A DNA stretch of 64,000 nt from a virus (lineage: Duplodnaviria; Caudoviricetes), in IMG/VR virus record IMGVR_UViG_3300015214_000031, positions 10,694 to 74,693 of that record; one strand, given 5' to 3'. The position numbers and the translations under genes are program-made. The notes below the pieces were generated by a model. That model was not told the origin of the DNA and did not search any database. It worked only from the letters and a program-made list of their open reading frames with translations. This document shows positions 37,734 to 47,555 of the stretch, in pieces; within the stretch, counting starts at the first letter, position 1, and each line of letters opens with the position of its first letter.

Positions 37734-38800
37734 TTAATCTCCATCAACTCCAATGTCTGTCTCAACTCATTAATATCAATGTTCATATTTTTTTCTCCAT
37801 CAGAGTACCAGTAATCGCCTTCTTCAATACAATCCCCCTTGCCTATCAAATAATAAAGATCCAACTCACAAGAATCACCAAGCAACCAATAACAAAGTCC
37901 TAAATAAGTGGGGGAGAACAACTCAAGAATTTTTGTTCCTTTTTTACAAAAAACAATATTGGAAAGTCCAGCACCATGAGGAGCAATAACAACTTCAGCC
38001 TCAGAAAAGTATTTAATCTGATCTTTAACTGTCATCTCTTCACATTTAAGAATTTCAAACTTATAATCCTTTAAACAGGAAATTACTTCCTCTTCGTTTT
38101 CAATTGATCTACTTCCTGATCTTGAAACGTAAAGTCTTCTTCCTTTATCATTTGACAAATAATCTTTAAATAATTTTTTAAGGTAAAAAGATGAAATTTT
38201 ATTTGGATTGACACCATACCCAATAGGAGAAATAACATGAAGATCATGAATCATTAATTCATGATATCGTGTCATTGGAAGAATAGAAGAAGAATGAACA
38301 TTCAAAAGATCAAATATTTCTCGTATAAATCTTTTGTTATAATCATTACAAACAATTCTCTGAAAAGAGATTCCCAAATCAATCGCCAAAGCAAGTTTAG
38401 GAAGAGATGTATGAAGAAAATGAAAATAATTCCAACCTCCCCATTTCTGACAAATATACAAACAGGGTTCTTCTACAGGATAATAACTATCTCTAAAACC
38501 AAGGGATTCATTCCAAAAAGGAGAAATATCAGTAAGAATTATGTTATTTTCAGTTCTTATACAGGCACCATCCACACCATTTCTATCAAAGCAAGAAATA
38601 TTAATATCTTGTAATCTTGCAGTAAATACTTTATTAGATTCTTGTAATCTCTTTGATTCATAAATATTTTTATACTTATTATTTATTGATTTGGGAATTT
38701 CAAGAGAATAATCATAACCAGTAAAAATTACTTTGTAATCTTGAACTTGTTTTCTTGATGAAAGAATGTATTCATAGGTTTCCATCTGTTTCATATCCAC
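37730..38800 (-). CDS. GT61/DUF563-like glycosyltransferase
   Basis: NYFHFL...LPKL, LYVSRS..RSIENEEE, IAPHGAGLSNIVF. Confidence 0.8.
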   Translation of the reverse strand: MDMKQMETYEYILSSRKQVQDYKVIFTGYDYSLEIPKSINNKYKNIYESKRLQESNKVFTARLQDINISCFDRNGVDGACIRTENNIILTDISPFWNESLGFRDSYYPVEEPCLYICQKWGGWNYFHFLHTSLPKLALAIDLGISFQRIVCNDYNKRFIREIFDLLNVHSSSILPMTRYHELMIHDLHVISPIGYGVNPNKISSFYLKKLFKDYLSNDKGRRLYVSRSGSRSIENEEEVISCLKDYKFEILKCEEMTVKDQIKYFSEAEVVIAPHGAGLSNIVFCKKGTKILELFSPTYLGLCYWLLGDSCELDLYYLIGKGDCIEEGDYWYSDGEKNMNIDINELRQTLELMEIK

Positions 38801-39441
38801 CCCTTTTTAGCCAATTCACCCAATGCAAGAGGCATAGCTTTTTGATTTAAATGAATATTATCCATGTAATAGCTTAAATCCGTTCCCATGTAACTATCAA
38901 CAAGATCATAAAAAAGAGTAAAAAATTTAAACCCAAACTCTTTACTCTTTTGTTCTAGGAAAACATTAAAAGTTAATGTTATTTGATTTCTTTCCAACAT
39001 ATCACCAGTAATAGGACAATCTCTTGAAGAACACGATTGGGGAAGTTTCGTACTTGGAATTGGACCCCAAACACCAAAACTAATATTTGAAAAATTATAC
39101 ATTAAATCAAGTAGACCATCTACATATCTTTCTACACATTTATATACATTATGAGCTTGAGAATAACCTCTTCTTACATTTTTACCAATATGATAACGAC
39201 AATCAATTTCACCAAAAGAAAATAAAACTTTATCTTCAGGCAAAATTAAAGGGAGAATATATAAAATCTTCTCCCTTGCCTTATATGTTGTATTTTCTTT
39301 CAAAAGATTGAAAGCAATTGGTGCTCCAATTCTATAAACACTAAATTGATTATTGATCCCACAATAAGGAGGGTATTCTGGTACTATTTCATTTTTGCCT
39401 ATAAAAAAAGAAACATGAGAATCACCTATTACATGAATCAT
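38791..39441 (-). CDS. SGNH/GDSL-fold acyl-esterase/transferase-like protein
   Basis: IGDSH (block I), GEIDCR, DNIH (DxxH). Confidence 0.65.
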   Translation of the reverse strand: MIHVIGDSHVSFFIGKNEIVPEYPPYCGINNQFSVYRIGAPIAFNLLKENTTYKAREKILYILPLILPEDKVLFSFGEIDCRYHIGKNVRRGYSQAHNVYKCVERYVDGLLDLMYNFSNISFGVWGPIPSTKLPQSCSSRDCPITGDMLERNQITLTFNVFLEQKSKEFGFKFFTLFYDLVDSYMGTDLSYYMDNIHLNQKAMPLALGELAKKGWI

Positions 39442-39452
39442 CTCTTTTTACC

Positions 39453-40073
39453 TTACAAATCAATTAAACTTCCTTGGCTTCTATTATGATTAAAAGGACT
39501 AGGTTCTACAAAACAGAAATTAAAACAGTTACAAAGAAACAAATCAATGGGAAGACCATTATAATTATGATCCTGTAACCTTGAAATATTTTCTTTACCT
39601 ATAAAATAAGCCAATGTTCCCAAACATCTTCTTGGACTAGTATTATCTTTAGCAAAAAAAGCATTTAATTTATTTTCTTCATCAAAAAGTTCTTTATTGA
39701 ATATTTTATAATTTGGTTCTCTAGAATGAACAGAAACAATTTCATATGAAGAAAGAAGTGAAGAAGCCGATATACAAATATCCAACCAATCAGGACGATT
39801 AGGTTCCGCATCATCCTCTAAAACTAGAATATTTTTTTTCTTTGCAAGGTTCAATGCGTTTTTATGTCCTTCAAGACAACGGTGCTGCCCAATGTGTTGA
39901 TGCATATGCACCACTAAACCTTTATAAATTGGATTCGGTTGCCATCTAGGAGGAAGATCAAAATCAGGAGTATAATATATTTTATAAGGAACATCCTCAA
40001 GATAAGGAAGAATAATAGGTTTCCTATGCTTATTTGCTATAACTACAATATCAAAATCAAGCTTTTTCTTCAT
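39453..40073 (-). CDS. GT25-like glycosyltransferase
   Basis: CLEGHK, LVLEDDA, GTLAYFI, PIDLFL. Confidence 0.6.
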   Translation of the reverse strand: MKKKLDFDIVVIANKHRKPIILPYLEDVPYKIYYTPDFDLPPRWQPNPIYKGLVVHMHQHIGQHRCLEGHKNALNLAKKKNILVLEDDAEPNRPDWLDICISASSLLSSYEIVSVHSREPNYKIFNKELFDEENKLNAFFAKDNTSPRRCLGTLAYFIGKENISRLQDHNYNGLPIDLFLCNCFNFCFVEPSPFNHNRSQGSLIDL

Positions 40074-40177
40074 TCAAATATACCTCCTCTTTTGTTATAT
40101 TTTTAATTAAATAAGATCTTAACTTTCTACATCCAAGAATAAATTCACAAAATAAACAAGTTTCTTTAATCCCACTC

Positions 40178-41038
40178 TCATTGTTCATATTTAAGCACAC
40201 TCTTTACTACCTCCATCGGTTGAATCATTAGCATACATTTAGGATATTGAATATTTCCCCCAATTAAATTAGTACAATCTTTTCTTTGTTTTTTCCAACA
40301 ACCATTTAACTTGCAACACTCAATCATTCCTATTGTATGAAGATATTGGTGAATTGGATAATGCTCATACCTTGGATCTTCCCTACCACCCCCAATCACA
40401 ACACAAGGTTTTTTAAATGCTGCCATTACATGCATTAAAAAAGAAACAGGAGAAATAGCACCATCTGCATGATAACACAAAGACAAAAAATCCCTTAAAT
40501 TCTCTGTCTTTCCTACTAAATTTTTAATACTTGTAAATTTTGGATGTATATGTCTGTCACTTCCAACCTGAATTAACTGAATCCCCCTTTTATTTAATTC
40601 TTTAAATATTTCTTCCCAATAAAAAACAGGATATGCTTTAAGCGGTATATCAATTTTAATCCCACAATTCACAATCCAGAATCTACCAGATATATCATAC
40701 TTTTGCAAGCATTTTTCCCTATCTTTTTCCTCTTCAGTAAGAAAAATTTCAGGATAAATATCATGCTGTAAAAAATCAGTATTTAAATTATCATTTAATA
40801 TATTAAACAAAACTTGAGAATAATGACTAATACCATCTCTATAAGAAATAATATTGTCATGTGTTATTCTAATTACACTGTTACTTTGAACTGAATTATT
40901 AATATTTGGATTATTTTCCAAAATTTCAGGGTAAAAACTTTTAACATTAAACTTAAAATCAGAAAAATATTTTATAACAGATGTAAGTACAACCAAATCA
41001 CCAGGAGCAAATAAAAATTTAATAACAAAATCATCCAT
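40178..41038 (-). CDS. GT9-like glycosyltransferase
   Basis: APGDLVVLT, ILENNPNI, KAYP..YW, NLVGKT, HVMAAFKKPCVVIGGG. Confidence 0.75.
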   Translation of the reverse strand: MDDFVIKFLFAPGDLVVLTSVIKYFSDFKFNVKSFYPEILENNPNINNSVQSNSVIRITHDNIISYRDGISHYSQVLFNILNDNLNTDFLQHDIYPEIFLTEEEKDREKCLQKYDISGRFWIVNCGIKIDIPLKAYPVFYWEEIFKELNKRGIQLIQVGSDRHIHPKFTSIKNLVGKTENLRDFLSLCYHADGAISPVSFLMHVMAAFKKPCVVIGGGREDPRYEHYPIHQYLHTIGMIECCKLNGCWKKQRKDCTNLIGGNIQYPKCMLMIQPMEVVKSVLKYEQ

Positions 41039-41048
41039 AATTTATTTC

Positions 41049-41549
41049 CTATACTGCCGCCATCAATCCGTTGTTAATCAAAAGATTTCTAATAGCATCC
41101 ACAGCCGTCTTTAATTCAGTCACGTCAGCAGCAGGACTTGCAATCAATGACTGTTGATACAATTTAACTATAGAACCATTTTCTGTTTTAAAATGAGGAC
41201 AACAATTTCCTGCCGCTTGATCGTTTGCATATTGCACATAAGAATCAGCACTAGGAGTAGCAGGAGCAGCAACATTGGATTGATAATTAGCTTTCACATT
41301 GGTATGAATAGTTTCCCATGCAGCAGCACCACGAACCTTCAAAACATGATTAGTCAAATCCCTCCACAGACAACCCTCTGTCAATGTAATATCAGGATAA
41401 TCATGAAAAACATCACCCGGTTCAACCGTATTTGCCCAACATCTAAAGCCATCATCAATCATATCAAAATTAGCATTCAATGGAGTATCAAAACGAAGAG
41501 TTTGGTACGCGGGTTTTTCAATATTAAAATAAGTTGTATAGTCAGCCAT
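41049..41549 (-). CDS. Short tail fibre/baseplate-associated protein
   Basis: N-terminal YTTYFNIEKP......LNANFDMID motif typical of fibre anchor segments. Confidence 0.5.
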   Translation of the reverse strand: MADYTTYFNIEKPAYQTLRFDTPLNANFDMIDDGFRCWANTVEPGDVFHDYPDITLTEGCLWRDLTNHVLKVRGAAAWETIHTNVKANYQSNVAAPATPSADSYVQYANDQAAGNCCPHFKTENGSIVKLYQQSLIASPAADVTELKTAVDAIRNLLINNGLMAAV

Positions 41550-41560
41550 TTTTATTCTCC

Positions 41561-42076
41561 TTATACATCTTGACCAGTAATAGTATAAGTTACATTAATC
41601 ACATCGTCATCTACCACAACCCTAGCAACAGCAACATTTGAAACACACCACAAAATTCCAGTTTGACCTCCTTTAGTTGCAATGGAAACCAAAAAAGCAC
41701 CATAAACTGAACCACTACTATTTATAGTAAATTCGGCAGGATTTGCAGAATTAGTAATTATTTTAGATGATGCTCCTGCTTCTTGCCATTGAACCCTTGT
41801 CGCCTCATCATAGTCAGTAAACTCTGTAAATCCATTATTAATATTAGCTGAAGTCCAAGCTTTATTTACCGCTTCATTCGATCCTTTTAATCCTATATAC
41901 CAATTTAGATTTACAGAATCACCTGAAAAATACACCCCAAGCATATCAGTAATTGCTTCATCCATAATATCATTAAATACAAAATCACACCATTTAAGCC
42001 TTCCTTTTGAATCATAACATTTAAATTGAAACAAACCTTTTAAATTCTTTAAAGAATTAATACTTTTAAAATTCAT
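41561..42076 (-). CDS. Virion structural/fibre adaptor protein, paralogue of 61927-62472
   Basis: Shared YDEATR, ITNSAN.A.FTIN, YGA.LV, NVTYT. Confidence 0.6.
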   Translation of the reverse strand: MNFKSINSLKNLKGLFQFKCYDSKGRLKWCDFVFNDIMDEAITDMLGVYFSGDSVNLNWYIGLKGSNEAVNKAWTSANINNGFTEFTDYDEATRVQWQEAGASSKIITNSANPAEFTINSSGSVYGAFLVSIATKGGQTGILWCVSNVAVARVVVDDDVINVTYTITGQDV

Positions 42077-42095
42077 TCAAATACTCCTCCTTTTA

Positions 42096-43154
42096 TCAAA
42101 CATCCAGTATAAATGGTAATGATAAATTTCCATTTATATCCACTTGATAAATAAAAAATGCTAAATGTTCTTGAAAAACACCATTATCAGAAATATTTTG
42201 GTTATATGAGTAAATCCATTGAATTATATCTGGATCTTCTTTATCAGGTATATCTATATATTCTGAATAAACAGGATCACCATAATCTGAACCAGACATC
42301 ATTTCTATTTCAGTAATAATTAAATAAATTGCATCTCCTCCATTTTGAGTTACGTTAATTCTATAATAACGATATGAATTCCCATTAACAAAATAATATT
42401 CATACCATGTATTAACTCCTAAAGAAGCATTATTAACTGTATGAAGAATAAACCAATCAGTTCCATTATAAGAGCCTTCAAATGTCCATGTTTTAGGATT
42501 ATATCTGGTACTTCCAGAAGTATAAATTCTGTATCTATTAATTATTTTTTCATTTCCCTCACCAAAATCTTGTCCTATCCAACCATGATTTATATATCCC
42601 CCATCCCAACAATACCAAGATTGAGTAGCGTTACCACCAAATAAATTATCAAAAGCAGATTTATAAAGAGGGTTTTCATTTCCAATACTATATATTGGAT
42701 TAGTTAAATCTGCTAAACCATCACCCCTAATTAATGGATGGACTTTAACAAGATACTTATCAATATCTGATAAACTACCTCCTCCGTAACCCAAACCCCC
42801 ACCATATTGTTCCCCACCATAGGCACAAAAAGGGATTTTAGTCCTTCCTCTCCATGAGAAAACAAAATCACCTAATAAAATATTTTCATTAACTGATACT
42901 TTTTCTTCAAAAGAAAAATTTATATATACTTTACAACCTAAAGTTTCCTCCAATCCAACCAATTCAGCAAATAAAGTATCAAATTCAAAAGTTGTAGCTA
43001 ATATACCACTAAAAAGAATAGATTCTGAAAAAATCAAATCATTAGAAGAAGCATCAGAAAAATCAAAACTAATTGAATCTCCTGATACTGGAACATATCC
43101 AGAAGTTTGAAAATTAAAATTTATTGCATCTGAACTAGGTGGAATATAAGCCAT
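42096..43154 (-). CDS. Tail-tip accessory protein with F5/8 type C (discoidin)-like carbohydrate-binding domain
   Basis: WIGQDFG...INRYRIY...PKTWTFEGS.NGTDW...YRYYRINVT...EIEM. The flanks resemble the C-terminus of 47556-50120. Confidence 0.65.
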   Translation of the reverse strand: MAYIPPSSDAINFNFQTSGYVPVSGDSISFDFSDASSNDLIFSESILFSGILATTFEFDTLFAELVGLEETLGCKVYINFSFEEKVSVNENILLGDFVFSWRGRTKIPFCAYGGEQYGGGLGYGGGSLSDIDKYLVKVHPLIRGDGLADLTNPIYSIGNENPLYKSAFDNLFGGNATQSWYCWDGGYINHGWIGQDFGEGNEKIINRYRIYTSGSTRYNPKTWTFEGSYNGTDWFILHTVNNASLGVNTWYEYYFVNGNSYRYYRINVTQNGGDAIYLIITEIEMMSGSDYGDPVYSEYIDIPDKEDPDIIQWIYSYNQNISDNGVFQEHLAFFIYQVDINGNLSLPFILDV

Positions 43155-43169
43155 TTTAAACTTCCCATT

Positions 43170-44072
43170 TTACAATACTGATAATCTATCATAAATTAAA
43201 GCATTGTAATCGTTAGCATCACCCTCATCATCCAATGCTACAACATAATACTCAATAGTATTGTCCGGAACTTGTAAAGAAAATGCTCCTGTTAACACAT
43301 CCGAAGTGGTAGAAGCTATTAATTCTCCCGTTGATCTAGCATATACTCTTACCGTTCTTGAAACAGGAAGTCCTTCTTCATAAACATAACCAGACAAATA
43401 ATAAATATCACTAGAAACAACTAAATTACGAAAATGCTCAGTGGCAATTGCATTATAATTACTAGTATGAAACTCAACAATTAAATAATCATCAAGTACA
43501 TCAAATACCGTAGAGGTCACCAACCAATTCACGGTTGCAATTGTTGTTACTTCATCTAATGTTTTTAAAGTTGCTTCCAATACCATTGTAGAAGGATCAA
43601 AATCAATAAAACATTTATAATAAAGTGTTTCATCCACATCCATTGAAACACTTGCTCTTGTAGTACAATAATAAGACCCACCCGCAGTAGTACCATCACC
43701 AATTATTTCTAACTTTGTTCTATCTGTTGTATTTCCCCCACTATGATCTCCAAAACTCACACCCAAACATAAATTTGTAACTCCGCCATAATAAGTTGTA
43801 TCCCTAAGTGCTGTCGCACTTCTAAATCTTATAGAACCGGGAGGAGGGGATGAATTTTTGTTTTTATGTCCCATCCATTCTAAAACAATAGAAAATGGTG
43901 CATTTTTATTAATCAACCCACTATCGGTATAAGCAGCGGCACCTGTCCAACTTGTGTCAGTATTCAATTGAAGTTCATTATTTACAGAAACCGTAGCCCC
44001 CCTCACCACAACAGAACTCCAACCAGAAGGTAAAGTAATTCCAGTAAAACTCTCATTTAATATTACAGCCAT
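43170..44072 (-). CDS. Tail fibre-like protein: lectin/LamG-like domain + C-terminal adaptor
   Basis: C-terminal PVSRTVRVYARSTG.L..TTSD..TG.F....YYVVALDD...YNALIYDRL seen in siphophage fibre genes. Confidence 0.5.
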   Translation of the reverse strand: MAVILNESFTGITLPSGWSSVVVRGATVSVNNELQLNTDTSWTGAAAYTDSGLINKNAPFSIVLEWMGHKNKNSSPPPGSIRFRSATALRDTTYYGGVTNLCLGVSFGDHSGGNTTDRTKLEIIGDGTTAGGSYYCTTRASVSMDVDETLYYKCFIDFDPSTMVLEATLKTLDEVTTIATVNWLVTSTVFDVLDDYLIVEFHTSNYNAIATEHFRNLVVSSDIYYLSGYVYEEGLPVSRTVRVYARSTGELIASTTSDVLTGAFSLQVPDNTIEYYVVALDDEGDANDYNALIYDRLSVL

Positions 44073-44082
44073 TTAAAATCCT

Positions 44083-47000
44083 TTATATTAAATTCCATTT
44101 AACTGACCCAGGTTTTAGTGGTAAATATTTATATCCAACAATCTGCAAGCTTGCTGTTGGAGAAGAAGATCCATCTGCATAAACTTTATATGAATTCACC
44201 GACACAGCTTTTATATATAATGTTTTACCTACATCTACTTTCTCAAATGAAATATAGTATAATTCAGAATTATGAAAAACACAAAATTTATCATTAGAAT
44301 GAGCAGATTCTTGAGTGTCATTATATCCTCTTTCACAATTCAAAAATTTATGATTAATTACATCAATTCCAGAATAATATATTTCCTCACTTTCAATCCA
44401 AAATGTTCCAGAAGAAGGAAAAGAATCGTATAAAGTAGAATCATCATAACTAATTTCTGTTTCATCAATAGATATATCTGTAACAAGTTGAACACTTGCT
44501 GTTGGCACATGAGATTGACCACTTGTTTCCCATACATCATTTTCATTCCAACGATAATAAATTTCTGCACCAACCCAAAATTGGGCATCTTCATCAGGTT
44601 TTTTAAAAGTAATATAAACTTTATTTAAATACGAATCTTCAAATAATTCAAGTCGTTCTACTTGACCTGGATTATTAAATTTATATTCATCTTTAAAAAA
44701 ATATGATACTTGCTTATCAACTGAATAATCATGAAAAACATGTGGATTATACTCTACAAAATCTAACTTTGTTTCATAATCTTCCAACTCTTCCATTGTA
44801 ACCACACGAAATAGTTTAGCTTGCCAATTCATAATTGGATTTGTTATTCCAACTATATCGCCCTCACATAATGCTAAACCCAATATATCCGTCATATATG
44901 AACACTGATATTCAGTGTAAGTATCATAATCACTTAAAAATTGACACATTCGTCTAGCCTGAGAATTTCTTTTTATTCCTGTCATAGAAAAAAACAGTTC
45001 TCTAATTTCATCTGTCTGCATAATATCAAAATGATCTTCATATTCAATAACATCTGTTCGATAACCATCTTCACGATTAATATATTCAACTCTTATTTTA
45101 TTATGTTTTTCCTGAGCACTTCTTTTTGAATATTGAAAACTATTTTTCTTAACATTGTCTTTAGTTAAAACAACATTTGATCCTTGAGGAATTACCTGTG
45201 AAAAATCTTCATAAACTTCCAAATAAGTGGAAGTTTGATTTATTATTATAAACTCTATAGGATCATCTGGATTATCATCCTCTGAACCATAACCCCAATC
45301 CCCATAGGGTTTAGATCCATAAGTACCCATAATTTGTACCGTACCAGTATCACCATTCCAATAATCATCAGGATAGGAACTAAAATCAATATAAATTCTA
45401 TTTAAATAATCAGAATCATAATCATTAGTAACAAAATTAGCTGTATCATATCCTAAATAGATTACTGGTGTTTCATTATTTTTTTGAATTTTTACTTTTA
45501 TCTTTCCATCACAATAATAAAGAAATCCTCTACAAGTTTGTAAAATTTCATTAACTATGTCATAACCTTTTTTTCTCTGATCGAAAGCTTCTGAATAAGC
45601 AAAACGAGCTTCTAGTTCTTCAGTTTCAAAAATTTTCACTTCTTCCTGACAATAAAGATATTCAGTTCTCCATGTTCCAGTGGTATAAGGTGATCCATCA
45701 AATAAATCAGTTGAAATTCCCATTCCATAACGATCATTTGTCATAAAATCATAACAAACCTCTATTGGATTTGCATCTGCACCCAATCCATTAAAATAAT
45801 TCAAATATTCAAACCAAGTGCTTGATGGATGGTATAATTCTACATCCATTACACAGCCACATAATCTATTTTTATATATTTCGTATGTATTAGATCCCCA
45901 ATAACCTTGACCTGGAACTGGTAATAACTCAAGATCATCAGTAGAACCTACCCTCCATTTATAAACATACCTAGAATAAGTATTTGGACTTGCACCACCA
46001 GGATTAACCACTGTAGTACATACAAATAAAACACCAGATTCATAACGACAGCAAACGCTGCTTACTTCAGATAATGTAAAGGAATGATTTGCTTTTGTAA
46101 CCAATTCAATGCTACTAAAAGCCTCATCTATTTTATAAATATTGATATCTCTATAACTATTAGATCTTGTAACAACATAATAAAAATTATCTATTTTTAT
46201 TGCTTCCATCGGCGCTTCATTTGAAAAATCAAATGACAATTCTGCTATTTTTCCCGTTGCACCAGAATAACCCAATTTATAAGTAGAAACATGAGATACA
46301 GCATCATAATAAGTAATACGCCACATTTTGGTGTAATAAAAATTATTATCTCCTGAATTAAAATTTCCTAAAGGACAATAATCATACCAATCCTCATCTA
46401 TATAATCTTCATAACTTGGTGATCCTAACATATTTATAGGAATAGTATATAACCTATCCCAAGTACCATTATAAGCTCTTAATCTCAATAGAAAATTAAA
46501 ACCATCACATCTTAACCATTTGTATATATTTCCAGTAGAAACATGCCATTCCTCCATATCCAAACCATGATGTTCTACATGAACACCATTAATATGAAAT
46601 ACAACAGAATTTGGATATGTATAAGTTCCGGTAGTAAAATATAATATTGCAAAATAACCCAAATCAGGGGCCATTGTAACTACATTTCCATATGGAGTAT
46701 AATTCCAAGAAGTATCTATATTCCATGTCTCTTCAATAGGATCTACATCATAAAGATAAATGACACCACTTTTAGTTAAAATCCATTTCAATTTTTGAAC
46801 AGTTAATGTATCATCTATAAAACCCTTAATTGGAATGTAATTAGAATAATTAACAATATCGAGTAGTTCTCCTATTTGAACCCAATCATCATATATCTCC
46901 TGACCATAAGCCAATATTCCAGCTACTTCAGCAGAAACAGTTGGAACTTGATTTATTCTTCCTAATGAACCAGAAAAAAACAAATATGCTGTATTTCTCC

Positions 47001-47544
47001 AAGGTATAGCACTTGCACTTCCTAATTCAGATAACACACTTACATCAATAGACTGATCTGAAGAACCTAAATATTGCTCATATGAAAAAAAATTTATTTT
47101 ATCAATAATGGAATTATCATCTTCAAAAATATCTAAAAATCCTAAAATTTCACCTTCAGAAAATCCAATAGCAAAATCTGCATTATAACTATAGCTTTCA
47201 AATTGATCTCCTCCCATTCCTTTTCCACCAGTATAATTTTCACTAACAGAAACATTTCCAATATAAATTAAAGTTCCTGCATATTTATTTGTTCCATAAC
47301 AAATGGGAACAGGAGCATTTCTTGTAAAATTATTATATTGAAGTTCTTCTGGCTCAGGTTTAGGTGCTTTTTTAGGATTAAAAAGAGAATAAAGCCAAAA
47401 ACCAAAAGAAACAACAGCCATAAATGCTTGAGCGTAACCACCATATCCACCACCAGAACTTCCACCATAAGTATTGATTCCAATACCGGCATCCATTCCA
47501 TAGCCACCAGCATAACCTCCCCCACCACCAGAACCACCTGCCAT
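44083..47544 (-). CDS. Central tail tip / host-specificity protein (lambda J-like), copy 2, with an approx. 375-aa insertion
   Basis: PVPICYG, FSEGEI, DANPI.V.YDF.TN.RYG, NKIRVEY.NR.D.Y, GD+VGIT; collinear with 47556-50120. Confidence 0.75.
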   Translation of the reverse strand: MAGGSGGGGGYAGGYGMDAGIGINTYGGSSGGGYGGYAQAFMAVVSFGFWLYSLFNPKKAPKPEPEELQYNNFTRNAPVPICYGTNKYAGTLIYIGNVSVSENYTGGKGMGGDQFESYSYNADFAIGFSEGEILGFLDIFEDDNSIIDKINFFSYEQYLGSSDQSIDVSVLSELGSASAIPWRNTAYLFFSGSLGRINQVPTVSAEVAGILAYGQEIYDDWVQIGELLDIVNYSNYIPIKGFIDDTLTVQKLKWILTKSGVIYLYDVDPIEETWNIDTSWNYTPYGNVVTMAPDLGYFAILYFTTGTYTYPNSVVFHINGVHVEHHGLDMEEWHVSTGNIYKWLRCDGFNFLLRLRAYNGTWDRLYTIPINMLGSPSYEDYIDEDWYDYCPLGNFNSGDNNFYYTKMWRITYYDAVSHVSTYKLGYSGATGKIAELSFDFSNEAPMEAIKIDNFYYVVTRSNSYRDINIYKIDEAFSSIELVTKANHSFTLSEVSSVCCRYESGVLFVCTTVVNPGGASPNTYSRYVYKWRVGSTDDLELLPVPGQGYWGSNTYEIYKNRLCGCVMDVELYHPSSTWFEYLNYFNGLGADANPIEVCYDFMTNDRYGMGISTDLFDGSPYTTGTWRTEYLYCQEEVKIFETEELEARFAYSEAFDQRKKGYDIVNEILQTCRGFLYYCDGKIKVKIQKNNETPVIYLGYDTANFVTNDYDSDYLNRIYIDFSSYPDDYWNGDTGTVQIMGTYGSKPYGDWGYGSEDDNPDDPIEFIIINQTSTYLEVYEDFSQVIPQGSNVVLTKDNVKKNSFQYSKRSAQEKHNKIRVEYINREDGYRTDVIEYEDHFDIMQTDEIRELFFSMTGIKRNSQARRMCQFLSDYDTYTEYQCSYMTDILGLALCEGDIVGITNPIMNWQAKLFRVVTMEELEDYETKLDFVEYNPHVFHDYSVDKQVSYFFKDEYKFNNPGQVERLELFEDSYLNKVYITFKKPDEDAQFWVGAEIYYRWNENDVWETSGQSHVPTASVQLVTDISIDETEISYDDSTLYDSFPSSGTFWIESEEIYYSGIDVINHKFLNCERGYNDTQESAHSNDKFCVFHNSELYYISFEKVDVGKTLYIKAVSVNSYKVYADGSSSPTASLQIVGYKYLPLKPGSVKWNLI

Positions 47545-47555
47545 TTTAAACTTCC

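Noticed and set aside
29666-41038. Classical Gtr-type O-antigen seroconversion cassette or a captured host LPS locus
   Set aside because: No membrane flippase, bactoprenol transferase, Wzx/Wzy or sugar-synthesis genes; composition, strand and SD style match the phage late operon. A cytoplasmic LPS-related role is not fully excluded.
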